64,000 nucleotides of DNA from NCBI GenBank assembly GCA_028707495.1, contig JAQWAS010000004.1, positions 3,157-67,156 on the forward strand, written 5' to 3'. This document shows positions 18,430 through 28,489 of this stretch, one piece after another. Each line of letters starts with the position of its first letter. Position 1 is the stretch's first letter. The DNA comes from Patescibacteria group bacterium. GTDB lineage: Bacteria; Patescibacteriota; Patescibacteriia; UBA2591; JAQWAS01. The notes beneath the pieces were generated by a model. It saw nothing but the letters and a program-made list of their open reading frames with translations, was not told where the DNA came from and did not search any database. A program made the translations under genes and the position numbers.

Positions 18430-19533
18430 TTATAAATTGTTTTCTTTTATCGCTCGTCTAATCCTCTCCATTAAATTTAAATAAAATTCAACATTATTCA
18501 AGGTGGCTAATCTTAAAGCCAATGGCTCTTGGATTTTAAATAAGTGATGTAAATAACTTTTTGAATATTTTCTTAAAATTTCTAGTTTTGAATCTGGATT
18601 AATTGGGCTAAAATCTTTTTTAAATTTAGCATTGCTAATGTTAATTGTTTGATAAAAACCTTTGTCTAATTTTTTATTTTTAAATTGATACAGCTTGCCG
18701 TGTCGAGCTTCGCGAGTTGGAATCACACAATCAAACATATCAATACCTTTTTTAACTGCTTCAATAATTTGTTCTGGATAACCTACACCCATCAAATAAT
18801 GTGGCTTATTTGATGGCAATTTTGGACAAACCCAATCTAAAACTTGATACATTTCCTTTTCTGATTCTCCCACTGCCAAGCCACCAACCGCATAACCATC
18901 AAAATTTAAAGCTGTAATTTCTTTGGTGCTTTTTAAACGTAAATCTTTATATACGCCCCCCTGGACTATACCAAAAAATAATTTTTTATAATCATCCCGA
19001 AGTGTAGCAATATAATTTTGCTGTTGTTTGGCCCACTTAGTTGTCCTTTCAACCGCCTTTGCAACTTTTTCACGACTAGCTGGCAAGCCCACACATTCAT
19101 CTAAAAGCATAACGATATCTACGCCCAATTTTTGTTGAATTTTTAAAGCTTTCAATGGTGTTAAAAAATACTCGCGTCCATCAATGTGTGAGTTAAATTT
19201 AATTCCTCGATCGTCAATTTTTCTTAATTTTGATAAAGAAAAAACCTGAAAACCACCCGAATCAGTTAAAATCGGTTTATGCCAATTTATAAATCGGTGC
19301 AAACCACCGGCTTTTTTAATTAAATCTTCGCCTGGTCGCAACATTAAATGATAAGTATTACTTAAAATAATCTGGGCTGGTAAATTGTGTAAATCTTCAA
19401 AAGTTAAAGTTTTAACCGTGCCCACAGTGGCAATTGGCATAAAAAACGGCGTCTGAATTTTACCGTGTTGAGTTTTTAAAATTCCAATGCGTGCTTGAGA
19501 TTTTTTTGATTTTTTTAATAATTTGAAAGACAT
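18430..19533 (-). CDS. tgt: Queuine tRNA-ribosyltransferase
   Basis: MSFKLLKK...ARIGILKTQHGKIQTPFFMPIATVGTVK N-terminus and the TGT TIM-barrel motifs (LMGVGYP, DMFDCVIPTR). Confidence 0.9.
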   Translation of the reverse strand: MSFKLLKKSKKSQARIGILKTQHGKIQTPFFMPIATVGTVKTLTFEDLHNLPAQIILSNTYHLMLRPGEDLIKKAGGLHRFINWHKPILTDSGGFQVFSLSKLRKIDDRGIKFNSHIDGREYFLTPLKALKIQQKLGVDIVMLLDECVGLPASREKVAKAVERTTKWAKQQQNYIATLRDDYKKLFFGIVQGGVYKDLRLKSTKEITALNFDGYAVGGLAVGESEKEMYQVLDWVCPKLPSNKPHYLMGVGYPEQIIEAVKKGIDMFDCVIPTREARHGKLYQFKNKKLDKGFYQTINISNAKFKKDFSPINPDSKLEILRKYSKSYLHHLFKIQEPLALRLATLNNVEFYLNLMERIRRAIKENNL

Positions 19534-20280
19534 TTAATTTAATTTTAAATAATTTAACCAATCCGCTGAACGTTCCATGTGATATTCTAAAAATGATTTA
19601 AGAATTTTTTTAGCTTCATTAAAATATTTTTGATTAGCTGATTTAGTTAACCAAAAATCAAATGGTTGTTTTAAACATAATCTAAAAATTTGAATAACAG
19701 CCGGCGAAACTTTAATATCTTTACTCTGGCGACAATTCTCATCAACAATTCCACCCTTGTACGAACTAAAAAAAATTTGCTTTGATTTGACCCTTTGTCC
19801 ACAATACACGCAATTATAAAATTCTGGTTGCCAACCTAAAATTGAAATTAATTTTAAAATAAAGGCTAAACTCATTAAATATAATTGTTTATTCTGTGAA
19901 GAATTTAATTCATTAACTCGTTGTAAAAATGTTATTAATAAATCAAAAACTCGTTCTTCCCATTGATGTTGATTTAAAAGAGAATCTACTAATTCCATTA
20001 AACTAGCCACAAAAAAAAGTCGATGATAATCTTGTCTCAAATTTTTAAAATTATTATCCGTGATTGCTCCAGCTAAATAATCATAATTTTTACCAGGTGC
20101 AATACTAATTTCTGATAAAAAAAACGGCTCAATGTGACCGGCTAACTTACTTTTAACTTTTTTGATCCCCCGGGCTAATAAAACTTTTTTACCCGCATCT
20201 TGAGTATAAACTGTAATTAATTTATCTGCTTGACGCCAATCTGTCTGTTTTAAAACTATGGCCAAAGTGTTATAAAACAT
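19534..20280 (-). CDS. recO: DNA repair protein RecO
   Basis: N-terminal OB-fold pattern (AIVLKQTDWRQADKLITVYT) and a C-terminal CxxC...C zinc finger (CVYCGQ...C). Confidence 0.8.
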   Translation of the reverse strand: MFYNTLAIVLKQTDWRQADKLITVYTQDAGKKVLLARGIKKVKSKLAGHIEPFFLSEISIAPGKNYDYLAGAITDNNFKNLRQDYHRLFFVASLMELVDSLLNQHQWEERVFDLLITFLQRVNELNSSQNKQLYLMSLAFILKLISILGWQPEFYNCVYCGQRVKSKQIFFSSYKGGIVDENCRQSKDIKVSPAVIQIFRLCLKQPFDFWLTKSANQKYFNEAKKILKSFLEYHMERSADWLNYLKLN

Positions 20281-20289
20281 AGTTTTAAA

Positions 20290-23175
20290 TTATTTAACAA
20301 TGCCAACCCACACCTCACCCAAATCAGTTTTTAACTCTTTTTCTTGTAAACTTTTAACCTTTTCCTCAACCGATTTACCAGCAACTACGTCGGATAATAA
20401 ATCGTTTATGATTTCTTTCATCTCTAAATTGTCACTTTGATAATATAAGGTTATTGTATCTTTAATGGTCAAACCAGCATTTTTACGTAAATTATTAATT
20501 TGCCGAACCAATTCGCGCTTAACGCCCTCGCGTTTTAATTCTGGAGTTAATTGAGTATCTAATTCAACTTCTTTCTCGGCCTGAGTGTGATATTCTATAG
20601 CTTTAATATTTAATTCGTCTAATAAAATTTCTTCTAATTCTGTGGGTAATTCTTTTAAATTTGGAAATTTAACAATAATTTTAGCTAAAGGCTGGCGCAC
20701 GCCCATCCCAACACTCGCCCGTTGTTCTAAACCTAAACTAGCAATTTCTCTAACTATTTCCATTTGATCAATAATTTTATTATCAATCCAATCCTCGCAT
20801 AAGGTTGCCCATTTTTCCAAATGTACTGACTCTTGTTCACCCTTTAATTCTTGATAAATAAAATCGGATACAAACGGCATAACTGGCGCCATGAGTTTAC
20901 ATAAATTAATTAAAACATATTTTAATGTAACCAAAGCATCGTTTTTATCTTTTTGATTATCTGATTTAAACCTGTCTCGAGATCTTCTTAAATACCAAGT
21001 TGATAAATCGTTGATAAAATTTTGGATTGGGCGCGTAGCTTGATTTAAATCATAATTATTGTAGCCTTGTGTAATTTCTTTTTTCAATAATTCCATTTTA
21101 GCTAAAATCCAGCGGTCTAAAATATTGTTAATATTATTAATATCTAAATTAGCGACACTCGTATTCTCGGCATACATTTGATAAAAAGAAAATACGTTCC
21201 ACAAAATCAATAAAACTTTTTTAACTACTTCTTCTACATCTTTCGAATTAAAACATAAATCATCAGCCTTCACCACCGGTGAAGTAGCTAAATAATAACG
21301 GACTGCATCGGCCCCAAATTGATCAAAAACATCCATGGGTTCGGGATAATTTTTCAACCGTTTGGACATTTTCTTACCGTCTTCGGCTAGCACAATGCCA
21401 TTAGCAATCACATTTTTAAAAGCATGACTATTTTCTAGGGCAACTGATAAAACATTTAAATAATAAAACCAACAACGGGTTTGATCTACTCCTTCGGCAA
21501 TAAATTCCGCTGGAAAATTATTTTCAAAATTTTCCTTATTTTCAAAAGGATAATGCATCTGCGCATAAGGCATTGAACCTGATTCAAACCAACAATCCAA
21601 GACATCATCAATTCTTTTCATTTGACCATCACATTTATCACATTTAAATTCAATTTGATCGACTGTGTGTTTATGTAAATCTTTAATTTTTGCGCCAGAA
21701 ATTTTTTCTAATTCTTGAATTGAACCAAAAACTTTTTTCTCGCCACATTTATCACAAATCCAAATTGGCATAACCGAACCCCAAAATCTTTGTCTTGAAA
21801 TTGACCAATCGCGCGCACCTTCTAACCACTTGCCGAAACGTCCATCTTTAATATGCTCAGGCACCCAATGAATATTTTCTGCTTGCTTTAAAATGTCGTC
21901 TTTAATTTTAGTCACATTTACAAACCAAGACGAAGTGGCGTAATTTAATAATGGCGAATCGCATCGCCAACAATGTGGATAGGAGTGCTCAAATTCTTCA
22001 ACTTTAAAAACTAAATTTTTCTTTTCTAAATATTCAATTACTTTTTTATCAGTGCTGGTTGGATTATTTTTAGGTTTGACTTCTAAATTTTTAAAATCTT
22101 TAACTTCATTTGTAAAACGCCCATCCAAACCTACGTGCTGAATAAATGGCAAATCCTTTTCTTCACCTAACTTCATATCATCTTCGCCAAAAGCTGGTGC
22201 AATATGCACTACTCCAGTTCCGTCTTCAACGGTCACAAAATCAGCAGTTTGAATTGTGTATAAATTATCTTTGTTTTTTAAATCTTTATTTTGATAATAA
22301 TCAAACAATGGTTTATATTTTTTATTTTCTAAATCCCTGGCTTTAATTTCATCAACAATTTCATATTTTTTATTTTCAAAAATAGATTCTAAATTGGCTT
22401 TAGCTAAAATATAATTTTTATCTTCAAATTTAATTTTTACATAATTTATTTTCTCCCCAATCGCCAACGCTACATTTCCAATTAACGTCCACGGCGTAGT
22501 TGTCCAAGCTAAAACAAAAGTCGAGGCCTGTCCGCCTTGGGTGGACTCATCAATTAATTCAAATTTAGCAATAACTGAAATATCTTTTACATCTTGATAC
22601 CCCTGGGTAACTTCTGATTGTGATAAAGTTGTCTCACAACGCGGACAAATATGCATTGATTTATAACCTTGATAAATTAAATCTTTGTCCCAGAGTTGTT
22701 TAAAAACCCACCAAATACTTTCCATATAATCCAAATCCATGGTTTTATAATCATTGTCCATATCTACCCAACGCCCCATCCGCTCGATTACTTTGCGCCA
22801 CTCCTCGGCGTATAATAAAACTTTTGACTGACAAGTTTGGTTAAATTTATCAATACCTAAATCTTGAATATCTTTTTTTGATTTTAAATCTAATTCTTCT
22901 TCCACGATATTTTCAATTGGCAAGCCATGACAATCCCAACCCCATTTGCGTTCAACGTGATAGCCTTGCATAGTCCAATAGCGTGGCACCATATCTTTCA
23001 TTAAACTACCCACCAAATGTCCATAATGTGGCGTACCGGTAGCAAAAGGGGGTCCATCATAAAACACAAAGTCCCCCTGTGAACTTTTTTGATCTAGGGT
23101 TTTTTGAAAAATTTTATTTTTCTGCCAAAAATCTAAAATCTTTTTTTCAATTTCTGGAAAGCTAACTTGTGCCAT
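20290..23175 (-). CDS. ileS: Isoleucyl-tRNA synthetase
   Basis: PPFATGTPHYGHLVG (HIGH) and KMSKRLKN (KMSKS) class I motifs, CP1 editing region, C-terminal Zn-finger-like cysteines; 961 aa. Confidence 0.9.
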   Translation of the reverse strand: MAQVSFPEIEKKILDFWQKNKIFQKTLDQKSSQGDFVFYDGPPFATGTPHYGHLVGSLMKDMVPRYWTMQGYHVERKWGWDCHGLPIENIVEEELDLKSKKDIQDLGIDKFNQTCQSKVLLYAEEWRKVIERMGRWVDMDNDYKTMDLDYMESIWWVFKQLWDKDLIYQGYKSMHICPRCETTLSQSEVTQGYQDVKDISVIAKFELIDESTQGGQASTFVLAWTTTPWTLIGNVALAIGEKINYVKIKFEDKNYILAKANLESIFENKKYEIVDEIKARDLENKKYKPLFDYYQNKDLKNKDNLYTIQTADFVTVEDGTGVVHIAPAFGEDDMKLGEEKDLPFIQHVGLDGRFTNEVKDFKNLEVKPKNNPTSTDKKVIEYLEKKNLVFKVEEFEHSYPHCWRCDSPLLNYATSSWFVNVTKIKDDILKQAENIHWVPEHIKDGRFGKWLEGARDWSISRQRFWGSVMPIWICDKCGEKKVFGSIQELEKISGAKIKDLHKHTVDQIEFKCDKCDGQMKRIDDVLDCWFESGSMPYAQMHYPFENKENFENNFPAEFIAEGVDQTRCWFYYLNVLSVALENSHAFKNVIANGIVLAEDGKKMSKRLKNYPEPMDVFDQFGADAVRYYLATSPVVKADDLCFNSKDVEEVVKKVLLILWNVFSFYQMYAENTSVANLDINNINNILDRWILAKMELLKKEITQGYNNYDLNQATRPIQNFINDLSTWYLRRSRDRFKSDNQKDKNDALVTLKYVLINLCKLMAPVMPFVSDFIYQELKGEQESVHLEKWATLCEDWIDNKIIDQMEIVREIASLGLEQRASVGMGVRQPLAKIIVKFPNLKELPTELEEILLDELNIKAIEYHTQAEKEVELDTQLTPELKREGVKRELVRQINNLRKNAGLTIKDTITLYYQSDNLEMKEIINDLLSDVVAGKSVEEKVKSLQEKELKTDLGEVWVGIVK

Positions 23176-23291
23176 AATAATTTTAAATTATATTTTCCCA
23201 TTATAGCGGTTTTAATTCGATTTGACAAGAATTAAAGATTGAATTAAGATAAACTCAATAAACAATTACGCTCATTTCAAAAGGAGAAATA

Positions 23292-23771
23292 ATGGCAAAA
23301 GATTATCAAAAAAATGCCCATGCCTGGGTTCATTTAATTTGTTATTTCTTGCGTTGTGGGGAAAGCAAAGAAAAATGGTGGCACCCAGCTGTTGATCAGG
23401 CTATCTACCTGATGATATATAAGTTAACTCGAGAAAATCTATTTCCAGAATTTCCCGTCATGTTCTGTACACAAGAATATCCCCCCTCGTCCGATAAAAT
23501 ACGTCAATCTCTTTCTCTTCTAAAACTTACCGGATTGATAGAACAAATAACGCCCACCTATTTCACGAAATTCAAGAATCCAGATGACTATTGTCTGGAA
23601 AATTCTCGCGAATTTTTTGGAAAAGACCTTACAAAAAAAATTCTCGCAATTCTTCCAGAAATTTGGAGAGAGGTTGAAAAAGAAATCAAAAAATCAAGAC
23701 CACAGCTTAGTAGAATTTTCGACCAAACCCCTCTCGACATGGAGCAATCAGCTTCAACTCCGTCACCTTAG
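23292..23771 (+). CDS. Hypothetical 159-aa protein, plus-strand singleton with its own AAAGGAG ribosome-binding site and terminator
   Basis: ORF preceded by aaaaggagaaataATG and followed by two hairpin terminators. Moderately GC-richer than its neighbours. No confident family assignment. Confidence 0.5.
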   Translation: MAKDYQKNAHAWVHLICYFLRCGESKEKWWHPAVDQAIYLMIYKLTRENLFPEFPVMFCTQEYPPSSDKIRQSLSLLKLTGLIEQITPTYFTKFKNPDDYCLENSREFFGKDLTKKILAILPEIWREVEKEIKKSRPQLSRIFDQTPLDMEQSASTPSP

Positions 23772-23774
23772 TGA

Positions 23775-23836
23775 CGGAGCTTTTATTTTTATACAAAAAA
23801 ACACGCTTCGAAATCAAAACGTGTCTTTTTTAAAAA
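23775..23836. terminator. Two hairpins between convergent genes (ccgtcacc-ttag-tgacgg; aaaaaacacg...cgtgtctttttt), bidirectional terminator region
   Basis: Inverted repeats with flanking A/T runs, read directly from the sequence. Confidence 0.4.
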
Positions 23837-23839
23837 CTT

Positions 23840-25243
23840 TTAATCTACATTAACAATAATTTCAACTGGCTGAGTAGTTATTTCAAATCCACCGACGTCT
23901 TCGTTTTTTAAACTAGCCGTGCAAGTCGCTTGCGTGGTTAATTTAATTTGATTGTCTTTTTGTAAACTAGCCACAATTTCACCAATTTGATCTGATTTGA
24001 GTAAATTTAAATTAAAATCAATTTCAAATTGATCACCAGCTGTTAATTCTTCTAATTCTGGGAATTGAAATTTATTAAAAACTAATTGTCCATCGCGCTC
24101 AACATCTCCAATTTCTTCTAAACTTTCAACCTGTAAACTTTCCCAATCAATTAAACTTATTTCACTAATATCAACTTTCACAATTAAATCGGTTAAGTCT
24201 TGCTGGCCAGAATTATCAATCAATAATTGATAGTTTAATTTTTCGCCCAAAACGGTTGCCACTGTATCTTGCTTGTAATTAACAATTAAATTTAAATCTA
24301 GGGCTACTTGAATAATTTTTAATTGCGCATTCGTTATGGTAATAATATCAATTTCTTGAGTGTTAAAATCCTGAATACCCGTTTCTATTTCTAAAATTAC
24401 TTCCGTATCGGCCGTTTGTGTAAATTTAGCTTCTAAATTAATTTCTTGATTTGAATTTTTGCTAATTTTATCTATACTCACCACTCCATGCTCGACAGCA
24501 TAATCATCCTGCTGAATAATTTCTAAACCCTCTGTGTCTAAAAACAAAATTTTTAAATTTTCTAAATCCTGATCAGAATTGTTGGTTAATTTTAAATTTA
24601 AAGGAAAAACTTGTCCCTCAACTACCTCGTTCGGCGTTTTAATGCTCACATCTAAAATTGAAGATTCAATTTCAACTTTGAAAGAAGTGCTCTCTAAAAA
24701 ATTGGAAGAAAAATTGACCGGTTGATAATTTAAGGCAGCCATAAAATCTTTAGTCTCGCCAACATTACCAAAAATCTGACCAGTAAATTCAAACTCCTGG
24801 CTCGATTTTTCTTTTAAATTGGCTATCTGCCAAACTGCGCCACTTACCAATTGACTGGCTGGTTCCGGCTTAATTGAAGTTAATTTAAAACCCCGCGGAA
24901 AAGAAATTGATAATTCACCTTCAGCTAAGCCCACGTCGCCTTGATTTTTAATAATAACTTGATAAGTTAATTCTTCACCAGCTTTAATTTTATCCTTACT
25001 TTCTATTTGTAAAATAATTTTTTCGCTTGACCAGCCTTGACTTTTATTTTCATCTTTAAAAACAACCATCCCGGCCACAATGGCTGCCAAAATTAAAACT
25101 AAAAAAGAAAACAACGCTACCCACGCCCACAAGCGCGTAGTTTGTTTTTTAGTGGTTTTCTGCGGATTATAAAATTTACCCGTAGAATTTTTATATAAAT
25201 GATTAAAGTTATTATTTGGTTTTATTCTTTTGACGACTGACAT
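23840..25243 (-). CDS. Membrane-anchored surface protein with repeated beta-sandwich (DUF11/CARDB-like) modules
   Basis: N-terminal TM anchor (WAWVALFSFLVLILAAIVAGMVVF) followed by several roughly 100-aa repeats of the type LTYQVIIKNQGDVGLAEGELSISFPRGF. Overlaps the glycosyltransferase gene by 32 nt. Confidence 0.5.
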   Translation of the reverse strand: MSVVKRIKPNNNFNHLYKNSTGKFYNPQKTTKKQTTRLWAWVALFSFLVLILAAIVAGMVVFKDENKSQGWSSEKIILQIESKDKIKAGEELTYQVIIKNQGDVGLAEGELSISFPRGFKLTSIKPEPASQLVSGAVWQIANLKEKSSQEFEFTGQIFGNVGETKDFMAALNYQPVNFSSNFLESTSFKVEIESSILDVSIKTPNEVVEGQVFPLNLKLTNNSDQDLENLKILFLDTEGLEIIQQDDYAVEHGVVSIDKISKNSNQEINLEAKFTQTADTEVILEIETGIQDFNTQEIDIITITNAQLKIIQVALDLNLIVNYKQDTVATVLGEKLNYQLLIDNSGQQDLTDLIVKVDISEISLIDWESLQVESLEEIGDVERDGQLVFNKFQFPELEELTAGDQFEIDFNLNLLKSDQIGEIVASLQKDNQIKLTTQATCTASLKNEDVGGFEITTQPVEIIVNVD

Positions 25244-26393
25244 TCTGATTTAATTTTTTATAAATTTTTAAAGTTTGTTGAGCGCACTTATCCCAACTGA
25301 ATTTTTTAACCTGAATTAACCCTTTCTTTTTTAAACTGGTAACTAATTTTTTATCTGTTAAAACTTTTTCCAAGGCATCAGCAATTTCTTTAACTTTTTG
25401 AGGATCAACTAGTAAAGCCGCCTTGCCGGCTGTTTCTGGCATAGATGATATTTTGCTGGTAATTACTGGCGTTTGTGCAGCCATGGCTTCTAAAATTGAT
25501 AAACCAAAACCTTCGCACCATGATGGCATAAGAAAAACTCGAGAGCCTAAAAATAAAGCTGGTAAGTCTGGAGTTTGAATAAAGCCTGGTGCAATTATTT
25601 TACCACGCGGAGCTAATTTAAATAGCTCATCTTTTTCTTGTTTAAAATGATTAGACCACTGACCAGCTAAAACTAATTTATAATTTTTGTATTGTTCGTT
25701 TCTGTTTCTAAAATCAGCAAAAGCCTTAATTATGTTTTCATAGTTTTTTCTTTTTTCAATTTTTCCAAGAAATAAAATATAGTCACCGGTTATTTTATAT
25801 TTTTGACAAATTTTTTGAATATCGACTTTATTTATTTTTTTAAAAAATTCTTTATCCAGGCCATGGTAAACTACTTCAATCTTTTTTGCCGGAATTTTTA
25901 ATTTTTTAACAACATCATTCCGAGTTGATTCTGAAACAGCAATAATTTTATCGGCTTGTTTTAAAATTCGCGGAAAATTTTTCTTACGTCGATTAACAAC
26001 TTCTTTGGTATATAATTTAGGAAAACAACTAAAAGCAATATCATGTACCGTCACAATTGTCTTTCCCTTGTATGTTGGTGGCAACTCGACAACTGGCGAA
26101 TGTAAAATATCTAAGTTTTCTCTTTCAAAAAAAGCATCAGTTAATTTGCTTGAATACAAAAAGGATATAAACTTTTTATACATTTGAAAAGGGAAAAATC
26201 GGATTTTAACGTTTTTCTTTTTAAATTCTTGTAGTTTTTTCTTTTCTAAATCTCGATCAAAAAATAAAACGTATTCATTTTTAGAATCATTTTTAATTAA
26301 ATGTCGTGCTAATTGATAAGTATAATGAGCAACGCCCACGGCCTTATCGCGACTGGGATTTACAATCGCCCGACAATCTATACCTATACGCAT
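25212..26393 (-). CDS. Glycosyltransferase family 4 (GT-B fold, RfaG-like)
   Basis: C-terminal EGFGLSILEAMAAQTPVITSKISSMPE (E-X7-E) motif and N-terminal GT4 GIDCRAI...GVAHYTYQL pattern. Confidence 0.8.
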   Translation of the reverse strand: MRIGIDCRAIVNPSRDKAVGVAHYTYQLARHLIKNDSKNEYVLFFDRDLEKKKLQEFKKKNVKIRFFPFQMYKKFISFLYSSKLTDAFFERENLDILHSPVVELPPTYKGKTIVTVHDIAFSCFPKLYTKEVVNRRKKNFPRILKQADKIIAVSESTRNDVVKKLKIPAKKIEVVYHGLDKEFFKKINKVDIQKICQKYKITGDYILFLGKIEKRKNYENIIKAFADFRNRNEQYKNYKLVLAGQWSNHFKQEKDELFKLAPRGKIIAPGFIQTPDLPALFLGSRVFLMPSWCEGFGLSILEAMAAQTPVITSKISSMPETAGKAALLVDPQKVKEIADALEKVLTDKKLVTSLKKKGLIQVKKFSWDKCAQQTLKIYKKLNQNVSRQKNKTK

Positions 26394-26513
26394 AATTTTG
26401 TTTTAAAATATTAATTTATTTATATAATGTAAATTTGTCACATCCGACTTTCATCACCCCACCAATTAGCGTAGCGATTGATTGGGGTGATCTATACCTA
26501 TACGCATAATTTT
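26376..26513. repeat. 24-nt direct repeat (atctatacctatacgcataatttt, 26376-26399 and 26490-26513) flanking a 90-bp AT-rich segment with a 45-bp imperfect palindrome (atcaccccacc...tggggtgat)
   Basis: The first repeat copy contains the glycosyltransferase start codon; the second duplicates it about 114 bp upstream. The palindrome has a 9-bp outer stem and an extended imperfect inner stem. Confidence 0.5.
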
Positions 26514-26604
26514 TGTTTTCTTTAAAAAATTAATTTTAAAATCTTTATATTATTATATTATACATTATTAGCAATCCACAAGCAACTTAAATTTTAAAAA
26601 AATA

Positions 26605-26638
26605 AAAAAGGGCGCTATTTCGCGCGCCCTTTTGGAAA
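26605..26638 (-). terminator. GC-clamp hairpin terminator (aaaaaagggcgc-tatttcgc-gcgccctttt)
   Basis: Immediately downstream of the 26649-27410 minus-strand CDS. Same gggcgc/gcgccc design as the terminators at 10905-10945 and 51003-51034. Confidence 0.55.
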
Positions 26639-26648
26639 AAAGAACAAA

Positions 26649-27410
26649 TCACCCCCGACTACAGCATGAGGCAGTAATTGAATAAGTTGCAAGTCCAGTA
26701 TCATTATGGCTAGTAGCTCGTAAAGAATAACTATATCCATCTACGATTATCCGCCACAAAAGATAACTACTTTCACTTATAATCAAGTCTGGTACCAGAA
26801 TGACATGTCTATCTGGAAACGCAATGCATGGCTCATGTTTCTTGTAACGAGAAGATACGGCAAACACGGAAACATTCCAGATTTTACCATTACTTATCTT
26901 TTTTAAGTAAGATAATATATTTGTGTGAGTTGCAAAAGCAACAAGTTCAGCAACCGTTAAACAACGATGATCAAGCTCCTCAACAATAACCCTTGCCTCT
27001 TCGGGCGACTTGCCTGCTGTTAGTAGCTCAACACCAACTCCGTAAATAAAATATGGTAATTCTGGAACTTGTATTTTATCTTCAACCCCATCAAACTCAA
27101 GTAAGCTTTGTTTATGCTCTTTAATCTTACCCAACATGCCTACTAAAGTCGACAATTTTAAAGAATAAGTTCCATTACGCGACTTGGGTATAACTATAGC
27201 AAAGGGAAGACGACCATCGCCTACTTCTATTGCTTTTGCTTTAGTGATAACCTCTTTTTTCTTAGTTTGAATATACGCAATAATGGACTGTGAACACCCA
27301 CGTTTTCTGAGAGTTTTTATTTGTCTGTCAAATAGCCTGGCCAATTTAAATACTTGCCACACTTTATCACCACGGAACAAAGCAACAATTCCTAAAATTA
27401 AATTTCTCAA
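26649..27410 (-). CDS. Hypothetical 253-aa protein, GC-richer single-gene insert
   Basis: TTG start preceded by AAAGGA. About 40% GC against about 30% for neighbours. Own terminator. No recognisable motif; the C-terminus ends in CCSRG. Confidence 0.5.
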   Translation of the reverse strand: MRNLILGIVALFRGDKVWQVFKLARLFDRQIKTLRKRGCSQSIIAYIQTKKKEVITKAKAIEVGDGRLPFAIVIPKSRNGTYSLKLSTLVGMLGKIKEHKQSLLEFDGVEDKIQVPELPYFIYGVGVELLTAGKSPEEARVIVEELDHRCLTVAELVAFATHTNILSYLKKISNGKIWNVSVFAVSSRYKKHEPCIAFPDRHVILVPDLIISESSYLLWRIIVDGYSYSLRATSHNDTGLATYSITASCCSRG

Positions 27411-27492
27411 TTGAATATCCTTTCTTTGTTAGTCATTTTTAAAAGAGCTATCTATATGTTAGCATAAATTAAATTTCTTGTCAAGATGTGTT

Positions 27493-27521
27493 GACAAATT
27501 ATTCAAAAAAAGTTATTATTA
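27493..27521 (+). promoter_or_regulatory. Sigma70-like promoter for smpB (TTGACA-17-TATTAT)
   Basis: Consensus-like hexamers with 17-nt spacing 5-10 nt upstream of the smpB start. Coordinates approximate. Confidence 0.4.
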
Positions 27522-27525
27522 GAAC

Positions 27526-27978
27526 ATGGAATCAATTACCAACAAAACTATTTTTCATGATTATGAAATTCTAGAAACCTGGACCGCAGGCATTGTTTTA
27601 AGTGGACCAGAAGTCAAATCAGTCAAACAACAAAAATTAGACTTAAAGGGTAGTTATGTTAATTTAGACGCTAAACAAGAGTTGTGGTTAATTAATTGTC
27701 ATATCGCTCCCTATCCACCAGCTATTCAGGTTCAAACCAATTATCAGCCCACCCACTCGCGTAAATTATTATTAACTAAAAAAGAAATTAAAACCTTAAT
27801 CGGTAAATTACAGATTAAGGGCTTGACATTAATACCAATTAAAGTATATAATAATAAAGGTATAATCAAGATTGAAATTGGTTTAGGGCGGGGCTTAAAA
27901 AAACACGATAAACGTGAAAAAATTAAACAGAAAGAAACTGATCGCAGAATTCTTCAAGCCACGTACCGCCGTAGATAG
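27526..27978 (+). CDS. smpB: SsrA-binding protein SmpB
   Basis: MESITNKTIFHDYEILETWTAGIVLSGPEVKSVK N-terminus and a C-terminal basic tail (KREKIKQKETDRRILQATYRRR), typical of SmpB. Immediately upstream of the tmRNA gene. Confidence 0.9.
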   Translation: MESITNKTIFHDYEILETWTAGIVLSGPEVKSVKQQKLDLKGSYVNLDAKQELWLINCHIAPYPPAIQVQTNYQPTHSRKLLLTKKEIKTLIGKLQIKGLTLIPIKVYNNKGIIKIEIGLGRGLKKHDKREKIKQKETDRRILQATYRRR

Positions 27979-28009
27979 TTAAACCTTAAAAATTTAAAAA
28001 TCATATCTC

Positions 28010-28410
28010 GGGGATGTTTAAAGTTGATGAGAAAAATTAGGTAAAAAGGTCTTATCGTCTTGATTAACGACGTTAAACTAAATCATTCCAATAAATGCCA
28101 AAAACATTTTTATTAAAGTTAAGAGTACTGTAGCCAGCTTAATGGCTCCAAGTTATTCCTTAGCTGCTGTCGCCGCTTAATTAAGCTGACAGCCGTCTAA
28201 TTGTCAATTCTCACTACACAAATTAGGCGTCAACTAGTGGGATAGGAATAAAAGAAGCTTAGTCTTTTGGTCCGAAAATTTAATCTAAGCCACGGGTTAG
28301 AAATAATTTATCTAGTTTATATCTAACCTTAAATTAAACTAGGGTATATAAGTAATAACTTTTTTATTTAATCTTCTTAGACGGGGGTGCGAGACCCCCC
28401 ATCTCCACCA
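28010..28410 (+). ncRNA. ssrA: tmRNA (ssrA)
   Basis: Starts GGGGAUGUU and ends ...GACGGGGGUGCGAGACCCCCCAUCUCCACCA. The 5' GGGGAUG pairs with the 3' CAUCUCC in a tRNA-like acceptor stem with a T-arm-like GGGGGUGCGAGACCCCCC. An internal tag reading frame ends ...SLAAVAA followed by UAA (around 28090-28190). Adjacent to smpB. Coordinates within 3 nt. Confidence 0.8.
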
Positions 28411-28489
28411 GTTGACTATTTTTTTTATATAATTTATAATTAATTTTAAACTTATCGCTTACCGTAGAAAAAAGAAAAAAACTCAAAAT

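Noticed and set aside
23292-23771. Assigning the 159-aa plus-strand protein to an antitoxin/Panacea-like (SocA) family
   Set aside because: Only a vague resemblance in residue pattern; none of the diagnostic motifs could be identified by eye. Left as hypothetical.
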